DNA of 64,000 bases from Aureliella sp. Lineage in GTDB: Bacteria > Planctomycetota > Planctomycetia > Pirellulales > Pirellulaceae. The DNA lies in NCBI GenBank assembly GCA_963691875.1, contig OY829846.1:3360001-3424000 (forward strand), given 5' to 3'. Under the pieces are notes generated by a model. That model saw only the letters and a list, made by a program, of their open reading frames with translations, searched no databases and had not been told where the DNA came from. Positions 1-10,420 of the stretch are shown here, one piece after another (the first letter of the stretch is position 1; each line of letters starts with the position of its first letter). A program made the translations under genes and the position numbers.

Positions 1-271
1 CGCGTCCGCAGTCTTTGGCCTTCATCTCAAACTCGATTTTGGCGTCATCGAACTCGCGAGGCCACTTCAGAATCGGACCGTGGTTTTTAAATTTCTTGTA
101 CAGCTCTGGGTCGGCGATGCAGCTGGCAATTCCATCTCGAAACTGCCATGCACCGCGTTCCGCCAATCTGCCTTGGAGCTTTGCGCCGCGGAAATCATCG
201 ACGAGCTCATCACCAGCAGCCACTGATCCAGCGAGAAATATTACGAATCCGAGCGAGAAGATCTTGTGCAT
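1..271 (-). CDS. 5' part of a secreted hypothetical protein (possibly DUF1080/lectin-like beta-sandwich); runs off the window edge
   Basis: Not in the ORF track. Manual translation from ATG at 271: MHKIFSLGFVIFLAGSVAAGDELVDDFRGAKLQGRLAERGAWQFRDGIASCIADPELYKKFKNHGPILKWPREFDDAKIEFEMK..., open to base 1, with a signal-peptide-like start. Confidence 0.7.
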   Translation of the reverse strand, partial: MHKIFSLGFVIFLAGSVAAGDELVDDFRGAKLQGRLAERGAWQFRDGIASCIADPELYKKFKNHGPILKWPREFDDAKIEFEMKAKDCGR

Positions 272-462
272 GCAAGGTTCCAACTTGAGTAGGGGATTGA
301 GCGACGACCGGGCCAAATTTAACTTCTTGAAATCTGACTCTTGATCGCATTGTGGCCGCGTTCTTCGGGATTTCCCGCCTTCGGGCACGAGTCAGCAGAG
401 CCATCATAGCGTCCCATCTTGAGCTAGCCTTGCCCAGACTTCAAAAGAGTCTGTGCAGTGTT

Positions 463-741
463 GCCGATCGCTCCGCGATCCTCGCGTTGCCTTACGAAAC
501 GTAGTGGTCGAGGTTCAGAAACCGTGGTTATACACCCACCCCGCGCATACTGACTTTACGCATAGCATGCAGCCTCTAAGACTTTGGGCTTGCCAAGGGA
601 GCATCGCGAGCACGACATTTGATCCCACGAAAAGCAATAGGACCACCCAGGAATCCTAGTCGCCTGAGGTAGGTTGTCGCAAAGCGTTGACAAATAGTTT
701 GCGCTACTCATGACCCGCGTTACGATCGCGAAGCGATCGGC
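463..741. repeat. Inverted repeat pair (REP/MITE-like) about 280 bp across
   Basis: GCCGATCGCTCCGCGATC (463-480) versus the reverse complement of 724-741 (GCCGATCGCTTCGCGATC): 17/18 identical, and each arm is itself palindromic. Confidence 0.6.
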
Positions 742-918
742 GACTATCAGCAGAATCCAAGATATCGGGTACGAGGTAGATGTTATCGGATTCATCACAG
801 CTGGGAAGAAGCTCCTGAAATATCGAAAGCCGGAGCGCCCAGTTTGTTTGAGTTGTGGGCTTAGTAACCATCGCGATTTTCACAGAGCCCTTTGGACGCC
901 TAAGCGACCGAGCGTGTT

Positions 919-1777
919 TTGTCTGCTCCAGATCAATCTACCCCACCCAATTCCCCTCCTCGTCGCTCACGATTCCTCAACCTCAGGCTTGCCGCGATCC
1001 TCGTTGTAATGGCCGGCGGCATTGCCTTCCTATGCTTATGGAATCTTGGTGACGGCCGAACGGAAAGTCAGACAATCTCTTTCTCCCATATCCATGACGG
1101 CAGGGATATAACGTTCATCGCGATTGAGTTGGCGGAAGACTCCGCAATACCTTGGGCGAAGCCCGTCGACGTGGTGTACGACGAACAGTTTCCAAACTTC
1201 AATGGTGAACTCCAACTTGCAAACCTAGCATACATCGCTCTTGGCGACGGCGGGATTTTCTCTTTCCCGCTTACACCCGAGATCGATCGAGAAACTTTTC
1301 GCGAGTCGATTTCAATCGCCGGTGGAAAGCATATGGTTCGTAGAGATGTGTTTCAATCATCCAGCTACTATCCGAATGGCGTGAAATCTGGCAAGCATCA
1401 ACGGGAGGGATGCAGAAACCTACACTCAAGAGGCTCAGGCGAGAGTCGATCGTATGAAGCAGTTCAAGAAGGTGATTCAAGCTTTGCATTCGCACCACCG
1501 AGACAAGGGGCACCTTCCGCCTGCTGTCGTTTATGGAACAGATGGAAAGCCGTGGCACAGTTGGCGAGTCTTGACTCTGCCTTACATGGTGGGTCAAAAC
1601 TACATCTACAAGCAGTATGATTTCAGCGTGCCCTGGGATGCGTTGCAGAACCAGAGGATCTTTGAACTTATACCTGAGCCCTACGTTTATGCTCAGTTTC
1701 CGAGTCCGACGAGCTATAACACCTGCATTGCATTGATTACCGGGGAAGGAACTGCTTTCCCTCTCACTTCTCAGTAG
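919..1777 (+). pseudogene. Decayed DUF1559-family protein in two frames
   Basis: ORF 919-1620 has a TM segment and then the C-terminal half of DUF1559 (FSHIHDG..TFIAIE...IPWAKPVD...ALGDGGI). ORF 1454-1777 has the N-terminal half (ALHSHH..HLPPAVV..DGKPWHSWRVLTLPY...YDFSVPWD) and stops early. Confidence 0.65.
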
Positions 1778-1952
1778 CAATTCTCAGTTGAACTCATGAA
1801 CCTGCATCAGTGTGGAATTCGGGAAAACTGAAGTGGCTTGTTGTGCGACAGCTAGCACTGGCAGACACCGGTGGGATCAGGCTGGTTGGTTTTCGGAGGT
1901 GTTGCCTTCGTGCCCTTCTTGGTTCCCTTAGGGGTCTTTATTCTCCTCGTTA

Positions 1953-4900
1953 CTAGCGGTACTGGAGTTGGACGCTGACGGTGGCGGGTTGGTGGCATCG
2001 GGCCCGAATCCAACGAGCGGAAAATGCGGCTGGAAACTCATGGTGCATCGTTGCACCGGCGGGAACGGTAAAGGTCTGATAGGGCAGCCATAAACCACTG
2101 CCGTCAATTTCGACTTCGAGCGTGATTTACACAGCCTGCTTACTCGCGTGTTCCATCTCAACTGTCTTGCGATCGTAGCCGGCCATCAAGTAAGGATCGG
2201 AGACAGCTCCGGCTGCAACGTCTTCATCGAGCCAGGGACCGCCACGACCAACGGGCTTGTCAAGTTTCCACAAGTCATCAATGCCGCCGAACCAGAGCGC
2301 CGTCTTTCCGTCGGAATGCTGGAATACATGCTCGTCCATTGCCGCCGCATCTTTTCGGACTCCGGTTAGCACTAACAGCCCGTTCCAAGTGCAAAAATCT
2401 GCGATGCGTTTGCAGTGACTCGAGACAGGACGCATCTGATGCCATGCTGGTGGAGCTCCGTTGGTGATCAGAGGAATTTCATAGAAAGTACCGTGGATGT
2501 TCGCCAAATGGCGTTCCGATTCGACTTCGCGTGCAACGCGAGGCCAGCCTGAAGTGAATGGCTTGTCGAAGGCAGAATCTCCCTTGGGTAGTCGATAGCG
2601 CTTGCCGGCCACGTGCAAGACAACCGAAGCCCTGTCCACCTTGAACTCGGGTTCGACGTGAAGCAGTGTCTTCAGAGCTTCGTCTGGCTGGTTGGCCTGA
2701 AACTCGAATTCGGCCTTCGTGAACTCATAAAACTCACCGTCGCCGGCGATTAACCTCAAGTTGCGATTCCGCTTGGCTGCGTAGACTTGTCCTTCGAAAG
2801 CGGTCGCGTCACTCGCGTCGGCTAGGCCGGCGAAGAGTTTACGGTTGCCTGGCAAACTACCATCGGCAAAAACCCTGGTCGTTTGATGGAGGAATGCAGT
2901 TGCGACGCAATCGCGGTCTGTGACAAAGCGAATCCACTGCGCATCCAGGTCTTCAGGTGGATAGTAGATGGTATTGCCACCAGCTGGTACTCGGACTGTC
3001 TGCAAGTCGGACCAAACCCCAGTTCCGAATGCGTCTACTTGGACCGTAAACGTGACGGACTCCGACGATATAGAGAGCTCAGGTTTTTCAGGACGAGTGA
3101 CCAGAACAGAGAAGGGGGATTGGATATTCACGGGCCTGGTAGATTTAGCAACGACAAAAGCAGTGTGAGGCATGCCGTAGGCGCTTGGACTGTGCTCCGT
3201 TTCGTTGGCTGGGATCGTGACTTTACCTGCCGGAAACTCACGGACGTAGACTTTGTCGCTGAACTTGTTTTCCCAGCGCGTGCGCAGTTCGGTCAACTTC
3301 CAAGCACCGTCGAGTTCTGGTTTGCCTCGTGAATCAACGGACAAGTAAACGGTCACAGGCTGATCCACAGTAAATGCAAAACCGTTCGCCGGCTTGTGCC
3401 AGTCCCCGCGATAGATGCTGACGCTTGGAACGGACCGAAGTATCTCAGGCAACTGATCAAACGCTTGCTTGTCCGAGGTTCGTGGAACGGAAACAGACTC
3501 CTGTCGCTTTCTTCCGACGGCGAGATGCACGACGCGACGATCGAAGCCGGCGACCAAAAACGGATCAGATGGAGCATCCGCTTGCACTTCGTCTTCTACC
3601 CAAGTTCCGCCGTAGCCAGTTGCCGGGCCCCATTTCTTCAATTCCTCGTACTTGCCGAACCAAAGGTTGCTCTGTGGCTGGCCAGCAAGTGGATTTCCTT
3701 GAATGCTCGTTTCATCGGACGCCAGCACGATTTTGCCATTCCAGTCACAGAAGTCGGGAACATATCGCAGGTGGCTGCCGATGGGGCGCAGACCGGCAGA
3801 ATTCTTCGCTGAAAAGGTCAAAGGAAAGTCGTAAAACATGCCGTGCATATCCATCATCCAGCGACCGCCCGTGATCTCGCGGATGCGTGGCCATTCGGTA
3901 TACCAGCCGTGACTTGCATCGTTACAGTAGGCGGCCTTTGGTAAAAGAAAGGTATGCCACTCACCGTTGTCTAGGACTTTCAAACGTACGCTGCGGCGGT
4001 CCCAGCCCATTGACCAGATCGGATCGTCACCGTCGCTTCCGCCCGCGATTCCACTCGGTCCGGTGACTTCAGTGAACTGCCGACGCTCGACGATCTTCCA
4101 ATTCTCGCCATCAAATTCGGCCAGGACGCCGCGTTCTTCTTCATTTTTTGCTTCACCGCCGACAAGGATATCTTTGTAGGTGCCCACATGGAGTTCGCCA
4201 TTGTTGGAGAGCACCAAGCGTCCTTGCGAAGTGTAGCCCCCCTTGCCGTGCCAGCCTGGAACAGGCTTTTTGAACAATCGTTTCACGGCTAGGGTATGCA
4301 CATTGGCTTCCCATACGGATCCCTCCATATCAATGTAGTACACCATATTCTTTGGATCGCGCAGGTGACGAGCGATGGCTGTGACACGCATGGGCATATC
4401 AGCAGGAGAAATGGTCCGCACTTTGCCACGTTCATCAACAAGGTGATGGCCGATAAGGAGTTGCTTGGATTCAGCGTGAATCATCCGTCCCGCGGGCGTG
4501 CCGCCGACGCTTTCTGGATGCACGGTCATCGGCTGGGACAGATCTGCTTCCACGGAGTAGAGTTTGTGTTCGCTCCCGCGCGGCATGTGTGGCGCGTAGT
4601 TGACCATCCACAGTTTGCCCGCCCAAGGCACAATGGCTCCGATCCCGCATTCGTTTTGGCCGCCTTTGTAGTGAGCTCCATTTTGGCTGTAGACGCCGTA
4701 GGTCGTCAGGTGCGGATAAACACCGCTGATAAAAATATCAGTTCTCGGCGTTTCCGTCGGCTCGGCTGGGATCTTTGGTGCGGTCGTCTCTTGCCGGACG
4801 GGTTTTTGCTTTTCAGAATCCTGCGTGGAAACAGTTGGCTGAAACGCAACCAGTTGAGTTTTCAAGTCTTCGGAGAACTGTGCTACGTGACTTCGGTGTT

Positions 4901-6258
4901 CAGTCTGTTCAGCCAGGTTAGTGAGTTCGGCAACGTCTTGCTCCAAATTACAAAACGCGGCGAAAGTGCCGCTAACTATCTGGGATTCGATGTACTTCCA
5001 GCACGCATTACGGAGGGCCCAGAATGGCTTGCTCCCGAGTTGCGAGGTGGGAGCTTCGTAGAGAAAACTCGTCCGCCAATCACTCGGTCTCTCGTTGCGG
5101 GTGACGATTGTCAGTAAACTAAAGCCGCGAAGATTCTCGGGTATCTCGATTCCGGCGAGCTCGTAGAGCTTAGCGGTCAAGTCGATGTTCAGCGCGATTT
5201 CATCCCTCAGTTGTTTCTTAGCACCTGGGCCCATAATCGCCATCAGCACTCTCATGGACTCTTCATAGGGCAACTCTTCATAGGGCAGAACCTTACTAGC
5301 CATCCCGTGCTCGCCCAGCATCCAACCGCCTTCCCCCATGAAAATGATCCAAGTGTTGCCCATCAACTGTTCGACCTCAAGTTTATCGAGCAACCGACCT
5401 AGCGCCACGCCCACCTGATGCAAATAAGCGTAAAAGCCTCTTCTATGCTCTTGAATCTTCGCAGTTTGGTCATAGCCGTATTCCAAGCCTCGAGAGCGAT
5501 TTCGCGCGGTCTTCAAGTACTCTGGCTTGCCAGCTAGATCATCATTCCATGACTTTGGCAGAGTCATCTCACTTGTCGAATACTGAGTCAGAAACTTCGG
5601 CTTGGCGTGCCCAAAATAGCAATGGTCCACATGTGGGACTTGCGTGCACAGCCGGAGAGCAAAGGGCTTTTTCGATTCAACAGACTGCGAAACGAACTCA
5701 AGAGCTTGGTCAACAGCGACATCATCGACCAAACCTGGCGTGACTGCGGTTTCGTCATTGGTGGCAAAGCAACGCTTATACCAAGTGCCATTTGACCGGC
5801 AGATGGAGGAGTACTCGAATCCACATTCCTCAGGCGAATTGCGAGTGCCATTTGCCAGTTACCCCAGTGGCATACCCATGTTTCACAAGATCCTGTGCAA
5901 AGGTCGTCTCGCCCTCAGCCAGAGCGCGTTTGCCAATTGCGGTGACACCATTGAAACTTGCGTAACGGCCCGTCAGGCATGCCGTGCGACTCGGCGAGCA
6001 GATGGTAAGTGTGACGAAAGCGTTTTCGAATCGCGCTTCCGATAAGCAGATTCGATCCAGACTTGGAGCTTTAATCCTTGCGTTGTCAACCGCCGAAAGG
6101 CAGTCCCAACGGTGAGCGTCCGTCAGGATGAACACGATGTTGGGCTTGGATGCGCCTCGCGTTTTCGGTTGGGCATTCGCGGCATGCGTAAAGTTCTCTG
6201 CAAGCTGAAGAGAGGCGATGCAAGCAAGTAGCAGCGAGAGGGATTTGGTGAGCATCAT
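1953..6258 (-). pseudogene. Secreted sulfatase fused to a large uncharacterised internally duplicated domain; frameshift near 5830-5850 and premature TAA at 2127-2129
   Basis: 5830-6258 encodes a signal peptide, PNIVFILTD, CSPSRTACLTGR (formylglycine motif) and GKWH. The reading continues in another frame into ORF 2127-5732. Past the TAA the frame stays open (ITLEVEIDGSGLW...ARWIRARC...VQLQYR) to TAG at 1953-1955. Confidence 0.8.
5258..5287. repeat. 15-bp perfect tandem duplication inside the sulfatase domain
   Basis: ACTCTTCATAGGGCA x2, giving LPYEELPYEES in the protein. Confidence 0.9.
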
Positions 6259-6531
6259 CGTATTTTGGTGAAGGATGATTCCGATGGGGAATTTCAGCCG
6301 ATCGTCTTAGCTACTTTTCCCTACGCATCGGGTCCTTGAGAAAGAACCGGAAAGAGAGGTAACGCAAAGCCGTCGGTCAAAAGAGCATCTTGGGAAAGCG
6401 GTTGGACACCCATGAACTTAAAAATTTAGCATTGCTTGTCAAAGTCTTCTCGTTCATATCCGGAAGCTGATATTCGGGCTATTTCTCCTCGGACTAGTAC
6501 CTGTTATGGCGATCAGATGAGGTTCCTCAAT

Positions 6532-6860
6532 ATGACTAAAAAGATCCGTTGCTGGGAAAGGATCTAAACTGCGCATAGGAATTTATGCGACTGCTCGGGC
6601 AAACGCAGCTATATCGCTTTGCGTACTTGATGAGTCTGCCGAATAACCGTGAAGTTACAGAAGAACTCATTCAAGAAACGAATTTGGTCCTGTGGCGCGA
6701 GTTCGAAAACTCTGAGCCCGGGACGAACTTCACTTGTTGTCTTTCGCAAAACACAAGAGTCGTAACAAGGCGGCCTAGTTCATGCTTTCGCTGGTTCGCG
6801 TCAGGAAAGCCTGCCAGGACCGATTCTCAGGCTGTGGAAGTAGCTGCGGTCTGCCCCTAG
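6532..6860 (+). pseudogene. Truncated ECF sigma-70 factor relic (Rhodopirellula/Verrucomicrobium-type), region 2 only
   Basis: FMRLLGQTQ..FAYLMSLP.NREVTEELIQETNLVLWREFE..EPGTNF; similarity ends afterwards, and there is an upstream in-frame stop. Confidence 0.65.
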
Positions 6861-7035
6861 AAGCCCGTCTTTAGGAGGTCGCTATCCCAACCCGAAGCAT
6901 CCGCGAGGCAACGGACCAATGAGATGCTTTTTGAAGTTGAGATGGTCGAAGCGAATCTTCTTGTAGGCCGGATGCAGCTCACGCCGTGACGCAACCTTGG
7001 TTGAACAAAAAAAGCGGAGTTTGAACTCACTCTTG

Positions 7036-8055
7036 CTACTTGGTCTTCAGAACAGCAAACCGACCGTCGGAGCCAACAGCAAAAATCTCCTCGCCAGCCT
7101 TGGACAAGGCGTGAAAACCGGTATCGCTAAATTGCTCCCAATTTTCGCCGTCCTTCGAGTAGTCGCTGCCAGTCGGGCCGGTGGCGATCCAAGTCCCGTC
7201 GTCGAGGCAGACAACGGCCGAGCGGAACTTTGCGGGTGGTGACTTGGCTGCCTGCCAAGTCTTTCCGCTGTCACGACTAACAGCAGCCGTTAGAGGCGAA
7301 TGCTCTCCCAAGCGATAGTCACCGCCAACCGCGACAACTGTATTGCCCGAAGCCGAAAGCGAAAAGATGCCTTGCTCTTGTCTGCTAGGAATTGGAACGC
7401 TCGAGGCAGACCAAGCTTGATTCCAGCCACCACGCCAATGCACTCGACTCTCTTTTTCCTTGCCGCCACCAGTGCCAATCCAAACCTTGCCGCCCGGCCC
7501 GATGATCATCGAAGAGTCACTAGCAGCAAAGCCAGCTTCGCCTTCTCGTGTTTTAGGAAGTCCGGTGACTTCTTGCCAAGTTCCGCCACCATCCTCGGTT
7601 TCAACCACCAGTAAGGTGTCGTCCACCGGATCGCCGAAAGCGATTCCTCGTGTCCCCCAAAACGCCAAGCCGTCAAAGAAAGCTTTCTCCGATACATTGC
7701 GGTAGACTTCGAGCCACGATTCGCCGCCATCCTCGGTTCGTAAAATAACGGCCGGTGTTCCTGCGCTGGCAATACAGGCTTCGCGTTCGTTCCAAGCGTG
7801 AATCGAGCGAAACTGCAGCCTGCCCAAGCCGGGACTCGTATCCGTCCAGCTTGATCCCCCATCAGTTGATCGCAGTACCGTTGAATCCGCACCTGCAATC
7901 CAAACAACCTTGTCCGACACGGCGTGCATACCGCGAAAGCTAACTTTGGAGCCAGTCGGACCAAGTTCCCAAAAAAGTTCTTTTTGTGCAGAAGCTGATG
8001 TGGCCGCAAGTGTAGCAAGGAAAAAGAAGATTGCGGAGCGAATCATGGGAAGCAA
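7036..8055 (-). CDS. Secreted BNR/YCF48-like beta-propeller protein (WD40/YVTN/BNR repeats)
   Basis: Signal peptide; repeated Asp-boxes STDGGSSW, TEDGGESW, TEDGGGTW, SRDSGKTW; motif EAGFAAS. Confidence 0.8.
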   Translation of the reverse strand: MLPMIRSAIFFFLATLAATSASAQKELFWELGPTGSKVSFRGMHAVSDKVVWIAGADSTVLRSTDGGSSWTDTSPGLGRLQFRSIHAWNEREACIASAGTPAVILRTEDGGESWLEVYRNVSEKAFFDGLAFWGTRGIAFGDPVDDTLLVVETEDGGGTWQEVTGLPKTREGEAGFAASDSSMIIGPGGKVWIGTGGGKEKESRVHWRGGWNQAWSASSVPIPSRQEQGIFSLSASGNTVVAVGGDYRLGEHSPLTAAVSRDSGKTWQAAKSPPAKFRSAVVCLDDGTWIATGPTGSDYSKDGENWEQFSDTGFHALSKAGEEIFAVGSDGRFAVLKTK

Positions 8056-8113
8056 GTGAGAGTAGGAATCGAGAAGGACGGAGAGGACTTACTATAGAGT
8101 TACAGTGCGGAGA

Positions 8114-8134
8114 AATTCTGGCGAATCCCACTAC
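8114..8134 (-). repeat. GTAG-type REP-like palindrome
   Basis: Reverse complement reads GTAGTGGGATTCGCCAGAATT; related copies at 41966-41980 and 42037-42060. Confidence 0.65.
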
Positions 8135-8136
8135 GT

Positions 8137-9015
8137 TTAAGAGGTGAGTTTTTCGAAGATCTCACGCTGCTCAATCATGGCTTTGACTTTGTCAGCTGGA
8201 TTGGTACGAGCCTCGAGCAAGATCCAACCTGAGTAATCCATCTTGGTGAACAGTTTCATTAGGTTTGGATACGGATAATTGCCAACGTTCATCTCGCGAA
8301 TATGGACCGTGTCGCCAAAACGGTCTTTAACCATATTGAAGTTCACTTCGAGACCATCACCTTCAAGATCCTGGTTATTGCAGTTCCAGCAGACATAGAC
8401 GTTCGGGTGATCCGCGACTTCAAAAATGTCACGTATCACTGGCAAGTCGCTTGTTCCCTTGCCGTGGACCTCGACTCGAATCTTTTGGCCGAAACCTTCG
8501 CCATACTCGGCAACTTCGTTAAGTGCTTTGCCAATCTGTTCGATCGTTTTCTTCTTGTCGCCACCCTTTGGAAAACCATTGGGTTTGACTTTCACACCCG
8601 TGCCGCCGCAGTCGTGCATCAGCTGGATAAACTCTTTCGTCTGCTCGATATTCGCCTTTAGCTTGGCTGGATCATCCGAGTGATATTCGCAATTAGAACC
8701 GTAGCCGACAAGTTCTACTTTGGAATCACGAAAACGCTTGCGAATTTCTTTGCGTTGCTTCGCATTCAATGAAGGTTCGACTCCATGTTTGTGCTGTGTT
8801 CGAACCTCAACGCCCCAGAACTCTGCCTTCTCGCAGTTGGTTATCAGCTCCTCCAGATTCATGTCCTTGCCCCACAGATAAGTCACTAAGCCCATGAACA
8901 TGCGACTCTGGGGTGACGAAGTCGCGGCGTTGCCCAGACGTGGGAGCGAAGCCGCTGCAACGGTGGCGGCACTGGCTTGTAGGATCGTTCGACGATTTGG
9001 AAAGGAGGGGTTCAT
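8137..9015 (-). CDS. Tat-exported sugar phosphate isomerase/epimerase (xylose isomerase-like TIM barrel)
   Basis: NRRTILQ Tat signal; GVEVRT, IRVEVHG, VHIRE and WILLE metal-site motifs. Confidence 0.8.
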   Translation of the reverse strand: MNPSFPNRRTILQASAATVAAASLPRLGNAATSSPQSRMFMGLVTYLWGKDMNLEELITNCEKAEFWGVEVRTQHKHGVEPSLNAKQRKEIRKRFRDSKVELVGYGSNCEYHSDDPAKLKANIEQTKEFIQLMHDCGGTGVKVKPNGFPKGGDKKKTIEQIGKALNEVAEYGEGFGQKIRVEVHGKGTSDLPVIRDIFEVADHPNVYVCWNCNNQDLEGDGLEVNFNMVKDRFGDTVHIREMNVGNYPYPNLMKLFTKMDYSGWILLEARTNPADKVKAMIEQREIFEKLTS

Positions 9016-9130
9016 GGCGGGAATCTTTTTACAAAATGTTAGGGGGGGGAGCAGACCGAAACGGAATTGTTAGCCAACGCCTTAGGAACTGAGCATTCGC
9101 CTGCTTATCAGCATAGCCGGTATTTCTCAG

Positions 9131-10342
9131 CTAAGTATTGTCCGCCTCAGTAGCATCACGCAACATTTCGTAAGCATTCGGCAAAGCACTGGTGACTCGG
9201 GACCAAGCCGGGCTGAATGGTGGTTCCGCACCGCCAGCCATATATTCATCGCCGGCCGCAATCAATATCCGTGCGAACAGCTCCACGATACCCGCTTCCG
9301 CATGCCGGTCGAGCGAAAGACCGCTCATCACCGCATCATTGTGATAGTGATCGATCATGTCCAACGCAGTGCGGTAGTAGCATGCCTTGAGGGTGCGGAA
9401 TAAACCTGGAGTGAACACGATGCCTTCAATGGCCAGCTTACGATAGATGGCTTTGCAAATATCGCGAGCCATCCGGTGCAGCCCCCTGTTTGAATCATTC
9501 TGCGAAATGTTCTGGTGCTTGTGATCATAAGCATCGGCAATATCGACTTGGCAAATCTGATTCCAATTGCAGTTGCGATACATTTCCGAGAGCGTGCCGA
9601 TCTCCAAGCCCCAGTCGCTCGGGATTCGCAGGGAAGGAACCACTTCCGCTCGCATCGAGAACTCGCCGGACAGCGCATAGCGGAAGCTACTCATGTACTC
9701 AAGGTACTCGACTCGTCCGAGAACCTGGACCAGTGCCCGCAGCATCGGAGTAACAAGCAGTCGGACAACACGACCGTTCAGCTTTCCTTCGGCGGCGCGA
9801 TAGTAATACCCTTTGCAGAACTGATAGTGAAAAGTCGGATGCACGAGCGGGTAAAAAAGTCGCGCGGGGATGGCCCGGCTGTAAGTCAGGATATCGCAGT
9901 CGTGCAGTGCAACCGCCTTCGACGTTCCTCGGGCAAGAAAATAGCCCAAACAGAACCAAACGTTCCGGCCTTTTCCGAGCTCTCCAGCCAAAATGCCTTT
10001 CTCTTCCAAGGCTCGATCGACCGAACGCATTTGCGGCCCGTCGTTCCATAAGATGGTGTGCTTTTGGGGTAGAGCAGCAAAGAACTTGCGAGCTTGCTCA
10101 AACTGGGCCTCGTTGGCGCGGTCCAAGCCTATGATGATTTCGTCGAGGTAGCTGGCTCGCTTGAGCTCTTCCACGATGGGGCCCATCGCTGGGCCTTCCA
10201 ATTCCGAAAAAAGACAAGGCAGCAACAGGGTCATGGGCGATTCCTGACTGTAGTCCGTCAGTTCCGCCTCGAGCTGTTCTGTTGACTTGTGACGAAGGTT
10301 GTGAAGAGTGCCAATGACACCGTTTTGCGCATAGTCGGCCAA
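9131..10342 (-). CDS. gpgS: Glucosyl-3-phosphoglycerate synthase-like glycosyltransferase
   Basis: ADYAQNGVIGTLHNL N-terminus, GKGRNVW, LHDCDI, FCKGYYYR, GRVVRLLVTP, YALSGEF, DWGLEIG, YDHKHQ; TTG start; next to a HAD phosphatase. Confidence 0.8.
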   Translation of the reverse strand: MADYAQNGVIGTLHNLRHKSTEQLEAELTDYSQESPMTLLLPCLFSELEGPAMGPIVEELKRASYLDEIIIGLDRANEAQFEQARKFFAALPQKHTILWNDGPQMRSVDRALEEKGILAGELGKGRNVWFCLGYFLARGTSKAVALHDCDILTYSRAIPARLFYPLVHPTFHYQFCKGYYYRAAEGKLNGRVVRLLVTPMLRALVQVLGRVEYLEYMSSFRYALSGEFSMRAEVVPSLRIPSDWGLEIGTLSEMYRNCNWNQICQVDIADAYDHKHQNISQNDSNRGLHRMARDICKAIYRKLAIEGIVFTPGLFRTLKACYYRTALDMIDHYHNDAVMSGLSLDRHAEAGIVELFARILIAAGDEYMAGGAEPPFSPAWSRVTSALPNAYEMLRDATEADNT

Positions 10343-10420
10343 GCTTTCCTCCCGAATGCACGTCTGCCGATACTGCAGGCTCGTAATACAACGAGTTGCA
10401 TAAAGAGAATCTCTTCGGAA

